Below are positions 10,186-21,060 of a DNA stretch of 64,000 nt, piece by piece. The notes under the pieces were generated by a model. The model ran no database searches, was not told the DNA's origin, and saw only the letters and a list, made by a program, of their open reading frames with translations. Each line of letters opens with the position of its first letter. The stretch's first letter is position 1. Position numbers and translations under genes: made by a program. This DNA comes from Sphyrna mokarran (Eukaryota). The stretch covers positions 81,096,001-81,160,000 of the forward strand of contig JAGIQG010000009.1 of the NCBI GenBank assembly GCA_024679065.1, in the 5' to 3' direction.

Positions 10186-12697
10186 TTATGTGTGGAATAG
10201 AGGGTGATTTAGCTAATTGGATTAGGAATTGGCTGGCAGATAGAAGACAGAGGGTGGTGGTTGATGGGAGATATTCATCGTGGAGTTCGGTGACGAGTGG
10301 TGTGCCTCAGGGGTCTGTTTTGGGGCCCCTGCTGTTTGTAATTTTTATAAATGATCTGGATGAGGGTATTGAGGGATGGATCAGTAAATTTGCAGATGAT
10401 ACTAAAGTTGGTGGAGTGGTAGATAGTGAAGAGGGGTGTTTTAGTTTACAGAGTGACTTGGACAAGTTGCAGAGCTGGGCCGAGAGGTGGCAAATGGAGT
10501 TTAATGTGGAAAAGTGTGAGGTAATGCACTTTGGCAGGAACAATAAATGTGTAGAGTATAGGGCTAATGGTAGGGCTCTTAATAGTGTTGAGGAACAGAA
10601 GGATCTTGGTATATGTGTCAATAGATCCCTGAAAGTAGGCAGTCAAGTGGATAAAGTTGTTAAGAAGGCATATGGAGTCTTAGCTTTTATTGGTAGGGGG
10701 ATTGAATTTAGGAGCCGCAGCATCATGTTGCAACTGTACAAAACTCTAGTGCGGCCGCACTTGGAGTATTGTGTGCAGTTCTGGTCCCCACATTATAAGA
10801 AAGATGTGGAGGCATTGGAGAGGGTACAGAGGAGGTTTACCAGGATGTTGCCTGGTATGGAGGGCAGGTCCTATGAAGAGAGGTTGAAGGATTTGAGGTT
10901 GTTTTCGTTAGAAAGGAGGCGGCTAAGAGGGGATCTTATTGAAGCATATAAGATGATTAGAGGTTTAGATAGGGTGGACAGTGATAGCCTTTTTCCTAGG
11001 ATGGAGAAAGCTAGCACGAGGGGACACAGCTTTAAATTAAGGGGTGATAGTTATAGAACATAGAACATAGAACATTACAGCACAGAACAGGCCCTTCGGC
11101 CTTCGATGTTGTGCCGACCAAAATAAAAAGCAATGCCCCTCCAAACTAAACCATTCCCTTCTCTTCCATATACTTATCAACTAACCTCTTAAACGCCACC
11201 AAACTTGGCGCATCTACAACAGCTGCAGGCAGGGCATTCCACTCCCTAATCACTCTTTGAGTAAAGAACCTACCTCTGATATCCGTCCTATAACTCATAC
11301 CCCTTAATTTAAAGCTGTGTCCCCTCGTGCTAGCTTTCTCCATCCTAGGAAAAAGGCTATCACTGTCCACCCTATCCAAACCTCTAATTATCTTATATGC
11401 TTCAATAAGATCCCCCCTTAGCCGCCTCCTTTCTAACGAAAACAACCTCAAATCCTTCAACCTCTCTTCATAGGACCTGCCCTCCATACCAGGCAACATC
11501 CTAGTAAACCTCCTCTGTACCCTCTCCAATGCCTCCACATCTTTCTTATAATGTGGCGACCAGAACTGCACACAATACTCCAAGTGCGGCCGCACTAGAG
11601 TTTTGTACAGCTGCAACATGATGCTGCGGCTCCTAAATTCAATCCCCCTACCAATAAAAGCTAAGACTCCATAAGCCTTCTTAACAACTTTATCCACTTG
11701 ACTGCCTACTTTCAGGGATCTATTGACACATACACCAAGATCCTTCTGTTCCTCAACACTATTAAGAGCCCTACCATTAGCCCTATACTCTACACATTTA
11801 TTGTTCCTGCCAAAGTGCATTACCTCACACTTTTCCACATTAAACTCCATTTGCCACCTCTCGGCCCAGCTCTGCAACTTGTCCAAGTCACTCTGTAAAC
11901 TAAAACACCCCTCTTCACTATCTACCACTCCACCAACTTTAGTATCATCTGCAAATTTACTGATCCATCCCTCAATACCCTCATCCAGATCATTTATAAA
12001 AATTACAAACAGCAGGGGCCCCAAAACAGACCCCTGAGGCACACCACTCGTCACCGAACTCCACGATGAATATCTCCCATCAACCACCACCCTCTGTCTT
12101 CTATCTGCCAGCCAATTCCTAATCCAATTAGCTAAATCACCCTCTATTCCACACATCTGCATTTTCTGTAGAAGTCTTCCATGGGCCACCTTATCAAACG
12201 CCTTACTAAAGTCCATATATACTACATCAACCGCCTTACCCCCATCCACCTCTCTGGTCACTTTCTCAAAAAACTCAATGAGGTTAGTAAGGCATGACCT
12301 ACCCTTCACGAAACCATGCTGACTATCCCCAATCAATTCATTTCTCTCTAAATAACTATAAATCCTATCCCTAATAATTCTCTCCAATACCTTGCCCACC
12401 ACAGAAGTAAAGGACGGATAGGACGGATATCAGAGGTATTATAGGACGTCCTATTATAGGACGGATATCAGAGGTAGGTTCTTTACTCAAAGAGTGATTA
12501 GGGAGTGGAATGCCCTGCCTGCAGCTGTTGTAGATGCGCCAAGTTTGGTGGCGTTTAAGAGGTTAATTGATAAGTATATGGAAGAGAAGGGAATGGTTTA
12601 GTTTGGAGGGGCATTGCTTTTTATTTTGGTCGGCACAACATCGAAGGCCGAAGGGCCTGTTCTGTGCTGTAATGCTCTATGTTCTATTGTTCTATGT
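10186..12697. mobile_element. CR1 copy (+; 10186-11056 and 12454-12697) interrupted by a near-identical antisense CR1 (11057-12410)
   Basis: RT ORFs 10188-11063 (+) and 11146-12402 (-) with [10 protein letters not shown] and FADD; TTATAG duplicated; absent from cluster 2. Confidence 0.92.
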
Positions 12698-13209
12698 TAA
12701 CTCTGAAGGGTGTGAGTATGTGGATAATGAGAGAGAGTCAGGATCAGGAATCTTGAATCTCAAAGACAGACTTACATTTCTAAAGCACCTGTCACCACCT
12801 CAGAATGTCCCAATGTGTTTTACAGCTCATTGCGCACAGCAAGATCCCGGGGAGCAGAGTGAGATAAGCAGATTTGTAGCGATATTGATTGAGGGATGAA
12901 TATTGACCAGTTCACCGGGGTGAACTCCCCTGCTCTTCTTCCAATAGTACCATGGGATCTTTTACACCCCCTGAGAGGGCAGATATCAGATTGTCTCATC
13001 TGAAAGATGGGAGGCCTGTAGTTTAGAGGGGGGGTATGACAGGTGCTGGCCCTTTCCCCAAGAAGATTTTGGAAGTGGATGGGGAAAGTGGGAGGTGAAC
13101 TAGAGAAACATCTTTGTTGCTACTGAAACTCTTGCTATCTGCTCAGTCACAACTAATAAACAAACAGACACATCAGACAAACATCAGTCTGTTTCTGTGG
13201 ATTCTCTGC

Positions 13210-14600
13210 TGCTTTCAGTTCATTGAAGAGTGCAGGAGGACATGCCAGGAGCAACAACAGACATACTGAAAAATGAGGTGTTAACCTGATGAAGCTACAA
13301 CACAGAGACTGTGTGCCAAACAGCAGAAGCAGCAAGTGATAGACAGAGTTAAACCATCCCACAACCAATGGATCAGATCTAAGCTCTGCAGTCTTGCCAC
13401 ATCCAGCCGTGAATGGTGGTGGACAATTAAACAACTTACTGGAGGAGGAGGCACCACAAATATTCCCATTGTCAATGATGGAGGAACCCAGCACATCAGT
13501 ACAAAAGATAAGGCTGAAGCATTTGCAGGAATCTTCAGCCAGAAGTTCTTAGCGGATGATCCATCTTGACCTCCCCCGGTGGTCCTAAAGACTGTGCTCC
13601 AGAACTTCCCGTGTCCCTAACCAAGCTGTTCCAGTACATCTACAAAACTGGCATTAACACAACATTGTGATAAATTACCCAGTTATGAACTGTGCACAAA
13701 AAACAGAAAAAATCCAATCTACACAATAACCACCCCATCAGTCTACTCTCGATCATCAGCAATGTGATCTGAACATATCCAGAGCGATACCAAGCAGCAC
13801 TTACTCAGCAATAATCTGCTCACTGACATTCAGTTTGTGTTCCACCAGGGTCACTCAGCTCCTGATCTCATTACAGTCTTGGTTCAAACATGGACAAAAG
13901 AGCTGAACTCCAGAGGTGAGGTGAGAGAGACTGTCCTTAACATCAAGGTAGCATTTCAGCAAGTGCGGCATCAAGGAGCCCTCACAAAAGCCAATGGGAA
14001 TCAGGGGAAAACTCTCCACTGGTTGGAGTTGTACCCAGCACAAAGGAAGATGGTTGTTGTTTGGGGTTTAACTCTACAATCTATATTAATGAGCTGGATG
14101 AAGAGAATGAGAGGAATGTCACTAAACTTGCTGATGATAAAATGAAAAACAGAAATGCATGTTGTGAGGTGGATACAGAGTCTGAAAAGGGATAGAGATA
14201 GGTTCAGTGAGTGGGGAAACATCGACAAATGGAGAATAATGTGGGAAAATGTGAGGTTGTCCACTTTGGCAGGAGAATAGAGCAGAATACTAGTAAACTG
14301 GAGAAATTCTATCGAGTGATCCGTGTGTCTTTGCATCCAGGAACAGGAAAAAATTCAGAAAGCAAGTGGAATGTTTCTCTTCATTCCAATGAGGATGAGT
14401 ATAAAAGGAGGGATGTTTTGTGACAGCACATTGGGAAAATCACACTGAGAATATTGAGGACACTTAGGGTCTCCTTACTTAAGGAAAGATATAGTAGAAT
14501 TGGAAAGAGTTCAGAGATGGTTCACTGGGCTGATTCCACTGAGTAAGGGATTGTCTTATGAGGAAAGCTTGAGCAGGTTGGGCTGATACTCATTGAAGTA
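13210..14600 (+). mobile_element. Old decayed LINE RT fragments in the J-C intron (homologue ~37430-37550 and ~40545-41800)
   Basis: HSAPDLITVLVQTWTKELN and KCEVVHFGR remnants. Confidence 0.7.
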
Positions 14601-15707
14601 GAACTTATTCCATCACCTCAGCACCATCTTCACCAGGGCAATTGGGATGGGTGATAAATACTGGTCTATATAGAATCACAGGAAATAGGAACAGGAATAG
14701 GCCATTTGGCCCTTTGAGACTGTTCCACTATTCATCATGATCATGGCTGATCATCCAATCAGTAGCCAGATCCTGCCTTCTCCAACAAATCCTTTCATCC
14801 TATTCATGCCAAGAGATAAATCTAACTCCATCTTGAAAACGTACAATATTTTGGCCTCAGCTGCTTTCTGTGATAGTGAATTCCACAGGTTTATCCCTCT
14901 CTGGGTGAAGGAATTTCTCCTCACCTCAGTCCTAAAAGGGTTTCCCCATATTCTCAGATTATGATGCCTCAAACTGGATGCTTCTAGCATTGGGAACATG
15001 CTTCCTATATCTATCCTGACTAGTCCTGTTGGAATTTTATTGGTTTTTATGTGATCTCCTCTCATTCTTCTTGTCTGCAGTGGGGGCAGCACCGTGACAC
15101 AGTGGTTGGCACTGCTGCCTCACAGCGCCAGGGACCCAGGTTCAATTACCAGCTTGGGTTACTATCTGCGTGGAGTTTGCACATTCTCCCCATGTCTGTG
15201 TGGGTTTCCTCCAGGTGCTCTGGTTTCTTCTCACAGTCCAAAAGGTGTGAAGGTGTGGTGAATTGGCCAAGCTAAATTCTCCCTCAGTATACCTGAAGGG
15301 GTGCCAGAAAGTGGCCACGTGGGGATTTTCACAGTGACTTCATTGCAGTGTGAATGTAAGTCTACTTGTAACTAATAAATAAACTTCTCAAAAAGCATAA
15401 TCTTAACTAACGCAATCTCTCCTTCTACATCAATTCTACTAACGTGGAATTTGTTCTGGTAATGTTGTCCTGCACTCTTTCTGTCACAAAAAACATCCTT
15501 TCTCAGATGAGGGGATAAAACCGTACACATTATTCCCAGTGTGGTCTCGCCAAGGCCCTGTATCACTGCAGAAAGACAGAATTACAAGGGACAGGGATAA
15601 GATTGTTTTGAAGAAACTTTTCTCCTTAATCACAGAGGCAGCAGATTTTGAGGGATGTGAGGGAAATCTTTTCACCCAGAGAGTGGAACAAAGAACTAAA
15701 AACAAAA

Positions 15708-16030
15708 CATAGAACGTAGAACACTACAGCACAAACAGGCCCTTCGGCACACAAGTTGTGCCGATCATATCTGTACTTACCAGGCCATAGACCTATCTGT
15801 AACTCCCTATCCCATGAAATCCCATGTACTCATCCAGAAGTCTCTTAAAAGACCCCTGCGAGTTCGCCTCTACCACCACTGACGGTAACCGATTCCATTC
15901 ACTCACCACCTTCTGAGTGAAAAACTTTCCTCTAACATCTCTTCTGTACTTGCCCCCCAGCACTTTAAACCTGTGTCCTCTCGTAGCAACTATTTCAGCT
16001 CTAGGAAATAGCCTTCGAGAATCCACTCTC
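15708..16030 (-). mobile_element. CR1 3' end
   Basis: FFTQKVVSEWNRLP motif and CTATGTT-type tail. Confidence 0.8.
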
Positions 16031-18185
16031 CAGACAGGATGGGAAACTGGCCCTTCAGCCCAACGAGCCTGCGCCACCACCCCGATGTTCCCACCTCTAC
16101 CCGTGATCCCTGTCTCTGTTTATAGATCTAAAGGTGCTGGGAATCTGGAACTCACTGCCTGAAAGGATGGTGGAAATGGGAACCTTCACAATATTTAAGA
16201 ACCATTTAGATAAGCACTCGAAATTCCAAAGGAAACAAGGCCACGGACCAAATGCTGGAAAATGGGATTAGAATCGATAGATGCTTAATGGCCGGCACAG
16301 ACATGGACAATAGAATCTCTAAAGTCCAAGCGGAGACCATTCGGCCCATCGAGTCTGCATCAACTCTTAGCCCATAAACCCCATGTATTTACCTCACTAT
16401 TCCCCCTAACCTGTTAGAATTTTATAAGTCTCCACGAGTTGTTTCCTCATTCCTCTCAACTCCAGTGAATAAAAGTCTTAATCAACTCAATCTCTCCTCA
16501 TACATCTGTCCCATTATAACAGGAATCTGTCTGGGATACCTTCTCTACACTTCCTCTACAGCAAAAATATCCTTCCTGAGATAGGGAGACCAAAACTGTG
16601 CACAATATTCCCAGTGCTGCCTCACCAAAGCCCTGTATAACTGCAGCAGGTCAGAATTATGAAGACATAGAGCAGATACGAAGGAACTTTTCCCCTTTTA
16701 GCAGTAGATTCAGAAACCAGGGAGCATAGATTTAATTTCAGAAGCAGAAGATTTTGAGGGATTGGAGGAAAAACATTTTCACTCAGAGAGTGTTGGGAAT
16801 CTGGAACTCACTACCTGAAAGGGTGCTAGAGGCAGGAACCCTCACAATATTTAAGAAGTATTTAGGTCAGCATTTGAAATTCCAAAGCATACAAGGCTAC
16901 GGATCAAGTGTTTGAAAATGCGATTAGAATAGTTAAGAGTTTGATGGCCAGCAGATACAGGATAGACTTTAGGGCTTCTTTCTGTGCTGTAAATTTCTAC
17001 AGCACTCTGACTGAGCCAAGATGGCTGAGAATATAAAGTCACCAACTTCTGGAAAATTCCGATGTGCATAGAACATAGAACATTACAGCGCAGTACAGGC
17101 CCTTCGGCCCTCGATGTTGCACCAACCAGTGAAACCAATCTAATGACCCTCTAACCTAAACTATTTCTATAAGATCCATATGCCTATCCACTGACCATTT
17201 GAATGCTTTTAAAATTGGTGAGTCCAAACTGCTGCAGGCAGAGCATTCCACGCCCTCACTACCCTCTGAGTAATTGCAAAAGTCTGCAGCTTAGATCTAC
17301 CCTATCTCTGAATCTCATAATTCTGTCGATGGACTGAATATCCTCCTCCTGCACTGTAGGGATTCAATGGCTAATAAAAAACTACACAGACTGTGTAAGA
17401 TTTCCACCGTGAAGGGATCCATTTTAAATGAACCCTGTTGTGACCAATCGAGGGCAGGATTCCAGCTGATTATTCCTCACCCAGAGGAAAACAAAATTGG
17501 GATCCTGTTCAGGAAGTTAACGAATGAGGGATCCTGTCTGAGGACTGGTCACAACATGTACACAGCAAGATCCCACACACAGCAATGAGAACAATCAGCA
17601 TTTTCAGTGATATTGGATGTGGAATAAATTTTGGATTGAACTCACCCCAAAGAGAAAGTAATAGAGTCTCCCCAAAAGCCTGGAACACTGAAGCCACTGG
17701 ATTGTGAGCCCTGCTGTGGCTGTTTGTCATCAGAACTTCAGCAAGAGATAAGCAGGGAGTGGAGAGAGCAGAGTGAAAGCTGGGGCAGGTGGCACCTCGG
17801 TGTCTCACTGTGCTGCTGCTGTGATCAGTTATATCAGAGAGTGAGACAGAGAGTTCAACTTCAAACTCTGCCTGTGTGTGTCACACTGAGACCGACAGGA
17901 GTCTAGAGAGTGATTTCACTCCATGCTGCAGAAATGTGAACACAGTCTGCAAACGTCCAGATCTCCTCCACACGGTGGGTAAAAGCTGCTCACTGAAATT
18001 TTGCTGCTTAAGGGGGGAATGGAAGGAAAGAAATACAGCTGGATTCCCTGTTCTACACAATGTTCTTCAATCAACCATTTCATTGACTGTAACTTCCTCA
18101 CTAACACCTTCAACTATTCAGTATTTGTGTTTGAGAAAGTTTCAGCATTGAAAGGGTTAATAACGGAGGATTGGGCTTTACTTAC

Positions 18186-18220
18186 TCAGTCTGAGTTTGG
18201 TTCCTTTACCGAACGTAAGG
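18186..18220 (-). CDS. IGKJ: Ig kappa J segment, cluster 1 (LTFGKGTKLRL)
   Basis: FGxGT motif; GTAAGT donor at 18180-18185; phase-1 join to C gives ACC (Thr); flanked by a 23-RSS. Confidence 0.96.
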
Positions 18221-18259
18221 CACACTGACAGCTTCCAGTGCAGGAGCTGTACAAAAACC
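18221..18259 (+). promoter_or_regulatory. 23-bp spacer recombination signal sequence of J1
   Basis: CACACTG (18221-18227) + 23 bp + ACAAAAACC (18251-18259). Confidence 0.95.
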
Positions 18260-18540
18260 TCTGTCTCTGACTCACTCACTCACTCTTCTTTCTCTCTCAC
18301 TCCGTCTCTCTCACACTTTCGCGCTCACTCTTTCCCTCTCTGTTTCCCTGAATGTCTCTGTATTTTATTCTGAGTGTTGAGAATTCTAATGTGAGATGAT
18401 AAATATTTCAGCTGCTCTTCATGTGTGAACATGGAGAGTAAGAGGAAAACTCGAGGCCTTCAGCGAGCGATGGACACCACAGGGACTGGAGTGTGTAGTG
18501 GACAGTGCAAATAATTTGCCCAGCTTCCTTTCTTGTGTTT

Positions 18541-18900
18541 ATTAAATATTATATAAAACTGTGGGATGTGTCAGTATAGGAGGTGATGCTGTGTGTCCAT
18601 TATTATATATTATATAAAACTGTGGGATGTATCAGTACAGGAGGTGGGACTGTGTGTCCATTATTATATATTATATAAAACTGTGGGATGTGTCAGTACA
18701 GGAGGTGGGACTGTGTGTCCATTATTATATATTATATAAAACTGTGGGATGTGTCAGTACAGGAGGTGAGACTGTGTGTCCATTATTATATATTATATAA
18801 AACTGTGGGATGTGTCAGTACAGGAGGTGGTGCTGTGTGTCCATTATTATATATTATATAAAACTGTGGGATGTGTCAGTACAGGAGGTGGGACTGTGTG
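18541..18900. repeat. 61-bp minisatellite, ~6 copies, between V1 and J1
   Basis: Unit TGTGTGTCCATTATTATATATTATATAAAACTGTGGGATGTGTCAGTACAGGAGGTGGGAC; single copy in cluster 2 (~45689-45755). Confidence 0.95.
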
Positions 18901-18906
18901 TGTTGG

Positions 18907-18934
18907 GGTTTTTGTAAGGCTCTGTATCACTGTG
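18907..18934 (-). promoter_or_regulatory. 12-bp spacer RSS of V1
   Basis: Minus strand CACAGTG-ATACAGAGCCTT-ACAAAAACC, consensus heptamer and nonamer. V-12/J-23 is the kappa configuration. Confidence 0.97.
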
Positions 18935-19232
18935 AAGGTGGAGCTGTAAGCTTGCTGACAGTAATAATCAGCGACATCCTCATTCTGAACATTGCTGATT
19001 GTCAGGGTGAATCTTGTCCCAGATCCACTGCCGCTGAATCGGTCGGATACTCCTGATGCAGTACTTGATGCATCATAGATCAGCAGAGCCGGTTTCTGTC
19101 CTTCTCGCTGTTGGTACCAACCCACATAGCTGCTAACAGATTCACTGGCCGTACAGGTGATGGTGGCGGTCTGGCCCAGGCTCACTGACAGCACCGGGGG
19201 AGTCTGGGTCATGATGATCTCTCCATTGATAC
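18935..19232 (-). CDS. IGKV: Ig kappa V exon, cluster 1 (unrearranged)
   Basis: AG acceptor 19233-19234; [99 protein letters not shown]; conserved Cys, WYQQ and DYYC. Confidence 0.97.
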
Positions 19233-19418
19233 CTGAGGGGTAATAGAGAAACAGAGTGAAGTCAGAACTGTCACAGAAAGAGGCTGTACAATGAGATATT
19301 GTTGGAGACACTGACTGTTCCTCTCCTTTCAACATTTTCCCTTCAATCACAAGTCAGGAGAATTGGATTGAAATGGAGAGCAGGAAAATATTGAAGGTGG
19401 AAGGAGAGAGATTAGTAC

Positions 19419-19467
19419 CTGCGATGCAGAATGCCAGAGGCCAGAGCAGCTGGATGGCTGAAATCAT
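19419..19467 (-). CDS. IGKV: Leader (signal peptide) exon of V1
   Basis: acaccATG; MISAIQLLWPLAFCIA-G; 49 nt, phase 1; GT donor at 19417-19418; 186-bp intron to V. Confidence 0.93.
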
Positions 19468-19527
19468 GGTGTGTGCTCGTGTCCCTGTGCCTGGTTACTG
19501 ATAAACTCTCCCTTCATTGGGCTCTGC

Positions 19528-19625
19528 TTTATAAAGCTGCAGCCTGTGAGAGTCTCACTGCCTGTTCCTCAGTTTGTAAATGGTCCGACCCAGAGAAACC
19601 ACGTCAGCATCTTTCACTTCCTCTT
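19528..19625 (-). promoter_or_regulatory. V1 promoter: TATAAA, PU box, degenerate octamer, CRE half-site, EICE
   Basis: Minus strand: GGAAGTGAAA (19612-19621), TGACGT (19601-19606), ATTTACAA (~19574-19581), GAGGAA, TATAAA (19528-19533). Conserved in V2. Confidence 0.7.
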
Positions 19626-20075
19626 CTTCTCTCTCTATCCCTCAGTCTCTGTCCCTCAGTCTCTGTCCCTCAGTCTCTGTTTTTCACTCTCTCATTATCT
19701 GTCCCTCACTCACTGTCTCTCTCTCTCTCTCTCAATATTTGTCCCTCAGTCTCTCACTATCTCTCCCTCACTCGGTATCTCTCTCTCTCTCTCAATACCT
19801 GTCCCTCAGTCTCTCTTTCTCACTCTCAGTCTTACTCTCTCGATATCTGTCCCTCACTCTCTGTGTCCCTCATTCTTTTGATATCACTCCCTCAATGCTG
19901 TCTCTTTTACTCTCTAAGTAACTCTCCATTAGTCTATGTTTCTGTCCATCCCACTCTCAGTATCTCCCTTTCCTGTCTTCCCTGTCTCACTCTCTTTGTT
20001 TACCCTCTCGTTCACTCTTTCTTTCTCCTCATTCTCCCTCCCTCTATTCCTCTCAGTTTCTCCCTCTCTTTATCT
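19622..20075. repeat. CT-rich low-complexity tract upstream of the V promoter (also ~46480-46845)
   Basis: Degenerate (CT)n and GTCCCTCAGTCTCT repeats. Confidence 0.85.
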
Positions 20076-21060
20076 CATAGAGTCATAGAGGTTTACAGAA
20101 TGGAAACAGGCCCTTCAGCCCAACTTGTCCATGCTGCCCTTTTTTTTAAACCCCGAACTCCAATTGCTGCATTTGGCCCATATCTGTCTATACCCATCTT
20201 ACCCATGTAACTGCCTAAATGCTTTTTAAAAGATAAAATTATACCCGCGTCTATTACTACCTGTGGCAGCTTGTTCCAGACACTCACCATCCTCTGTGTG
20301 AATAATTGCCCATTTGGACACTTTTGTATCTCTCTCCTCTCACCTTTAACCTATGGCCTCTCGTTTTAGAATCCCCTACCTTTGAGAAAAGATATAAATT
20401 ATCGAGTTGATCCATGCTCTTCATTATTTTATTGACGTCCATAAGTTCACCTGTCAGCCTTCTACGCTCAGGCAAAAAAGTCCCAGTCGATCCAGCCTCT
20501 CCTGATAACCCAAAACATCAAGTCCCGTAGCATCCTAGTCTTTTCTGCACTCTTTCTAGTTTAATAATATCCTTTCTATAAAAGGGTGACCAGAATTGTA
20601 TTCCAAGATTGGCCTTACCAATGTCTTGTACAACTTCAACATAACGTTCTGACTGCTGTGTTCAATGTTCTGACCAATGAAACCAAGCATGCCGAATGCC
20701 TTCTTCACCACTCTGTCCACCTATGATTCCACTTTCAAGGAGCTATGAACATGTACTCCTAGATTTCTTTGTTCTGTAACTCTCCCCAGTGCCCTATTAG
20801 TAACGGAGTAAGTCCTGCCCTGGTTCAATCTACCAAAATACATCACCTCGCATTTATCGAAATTAAACTCCAGTTTTCATTCGTCAGCCCACTGGTCCAA
20901 TTCTGTTTGGAATTGGAGATACTTTCTTCACTGTCCACTACGCCACCAATCTTGGTATCATCTGCAAACTTATTAACCATACCTCCTATATTCTTATCCA
21001 AATCATTAATATAAATGACAAATAACAGTGGACCCAGCATCAATCCCCATGGCACTTCGC
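20076..21060 (-). mobile_element. Decayed CR1 fragment (related pieces ~22116-22530 and ~46846-47300)
   Basis: [21 protein letters not shown] and WNKLP motifs. Confidence 0.8.

Noticed and set aside
18541-18900. CRISPR-like array
   Set aside because: Head-to-tail minisatellite with no unique spacers, in vertebrate DNA, with no cas genes.
18186-19232. Germline-joined VJ gene, as known for some shark light chains
   Set aside because: Both clusters keep separate V and J segments with intact 12- and 23-RSSs.
19233-19350. N-terminal extension of the V ORF in the ORF track (MIEGKML...)
   Set aside because: Read-through of the leader intron; the real start is the leader ATG at 19465-19467.
19431-20210. 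Leu/Ser-rich ORFs (also 46286-46850)
   Set aside because: Artefacts of the CT-rich low-complexity tract.
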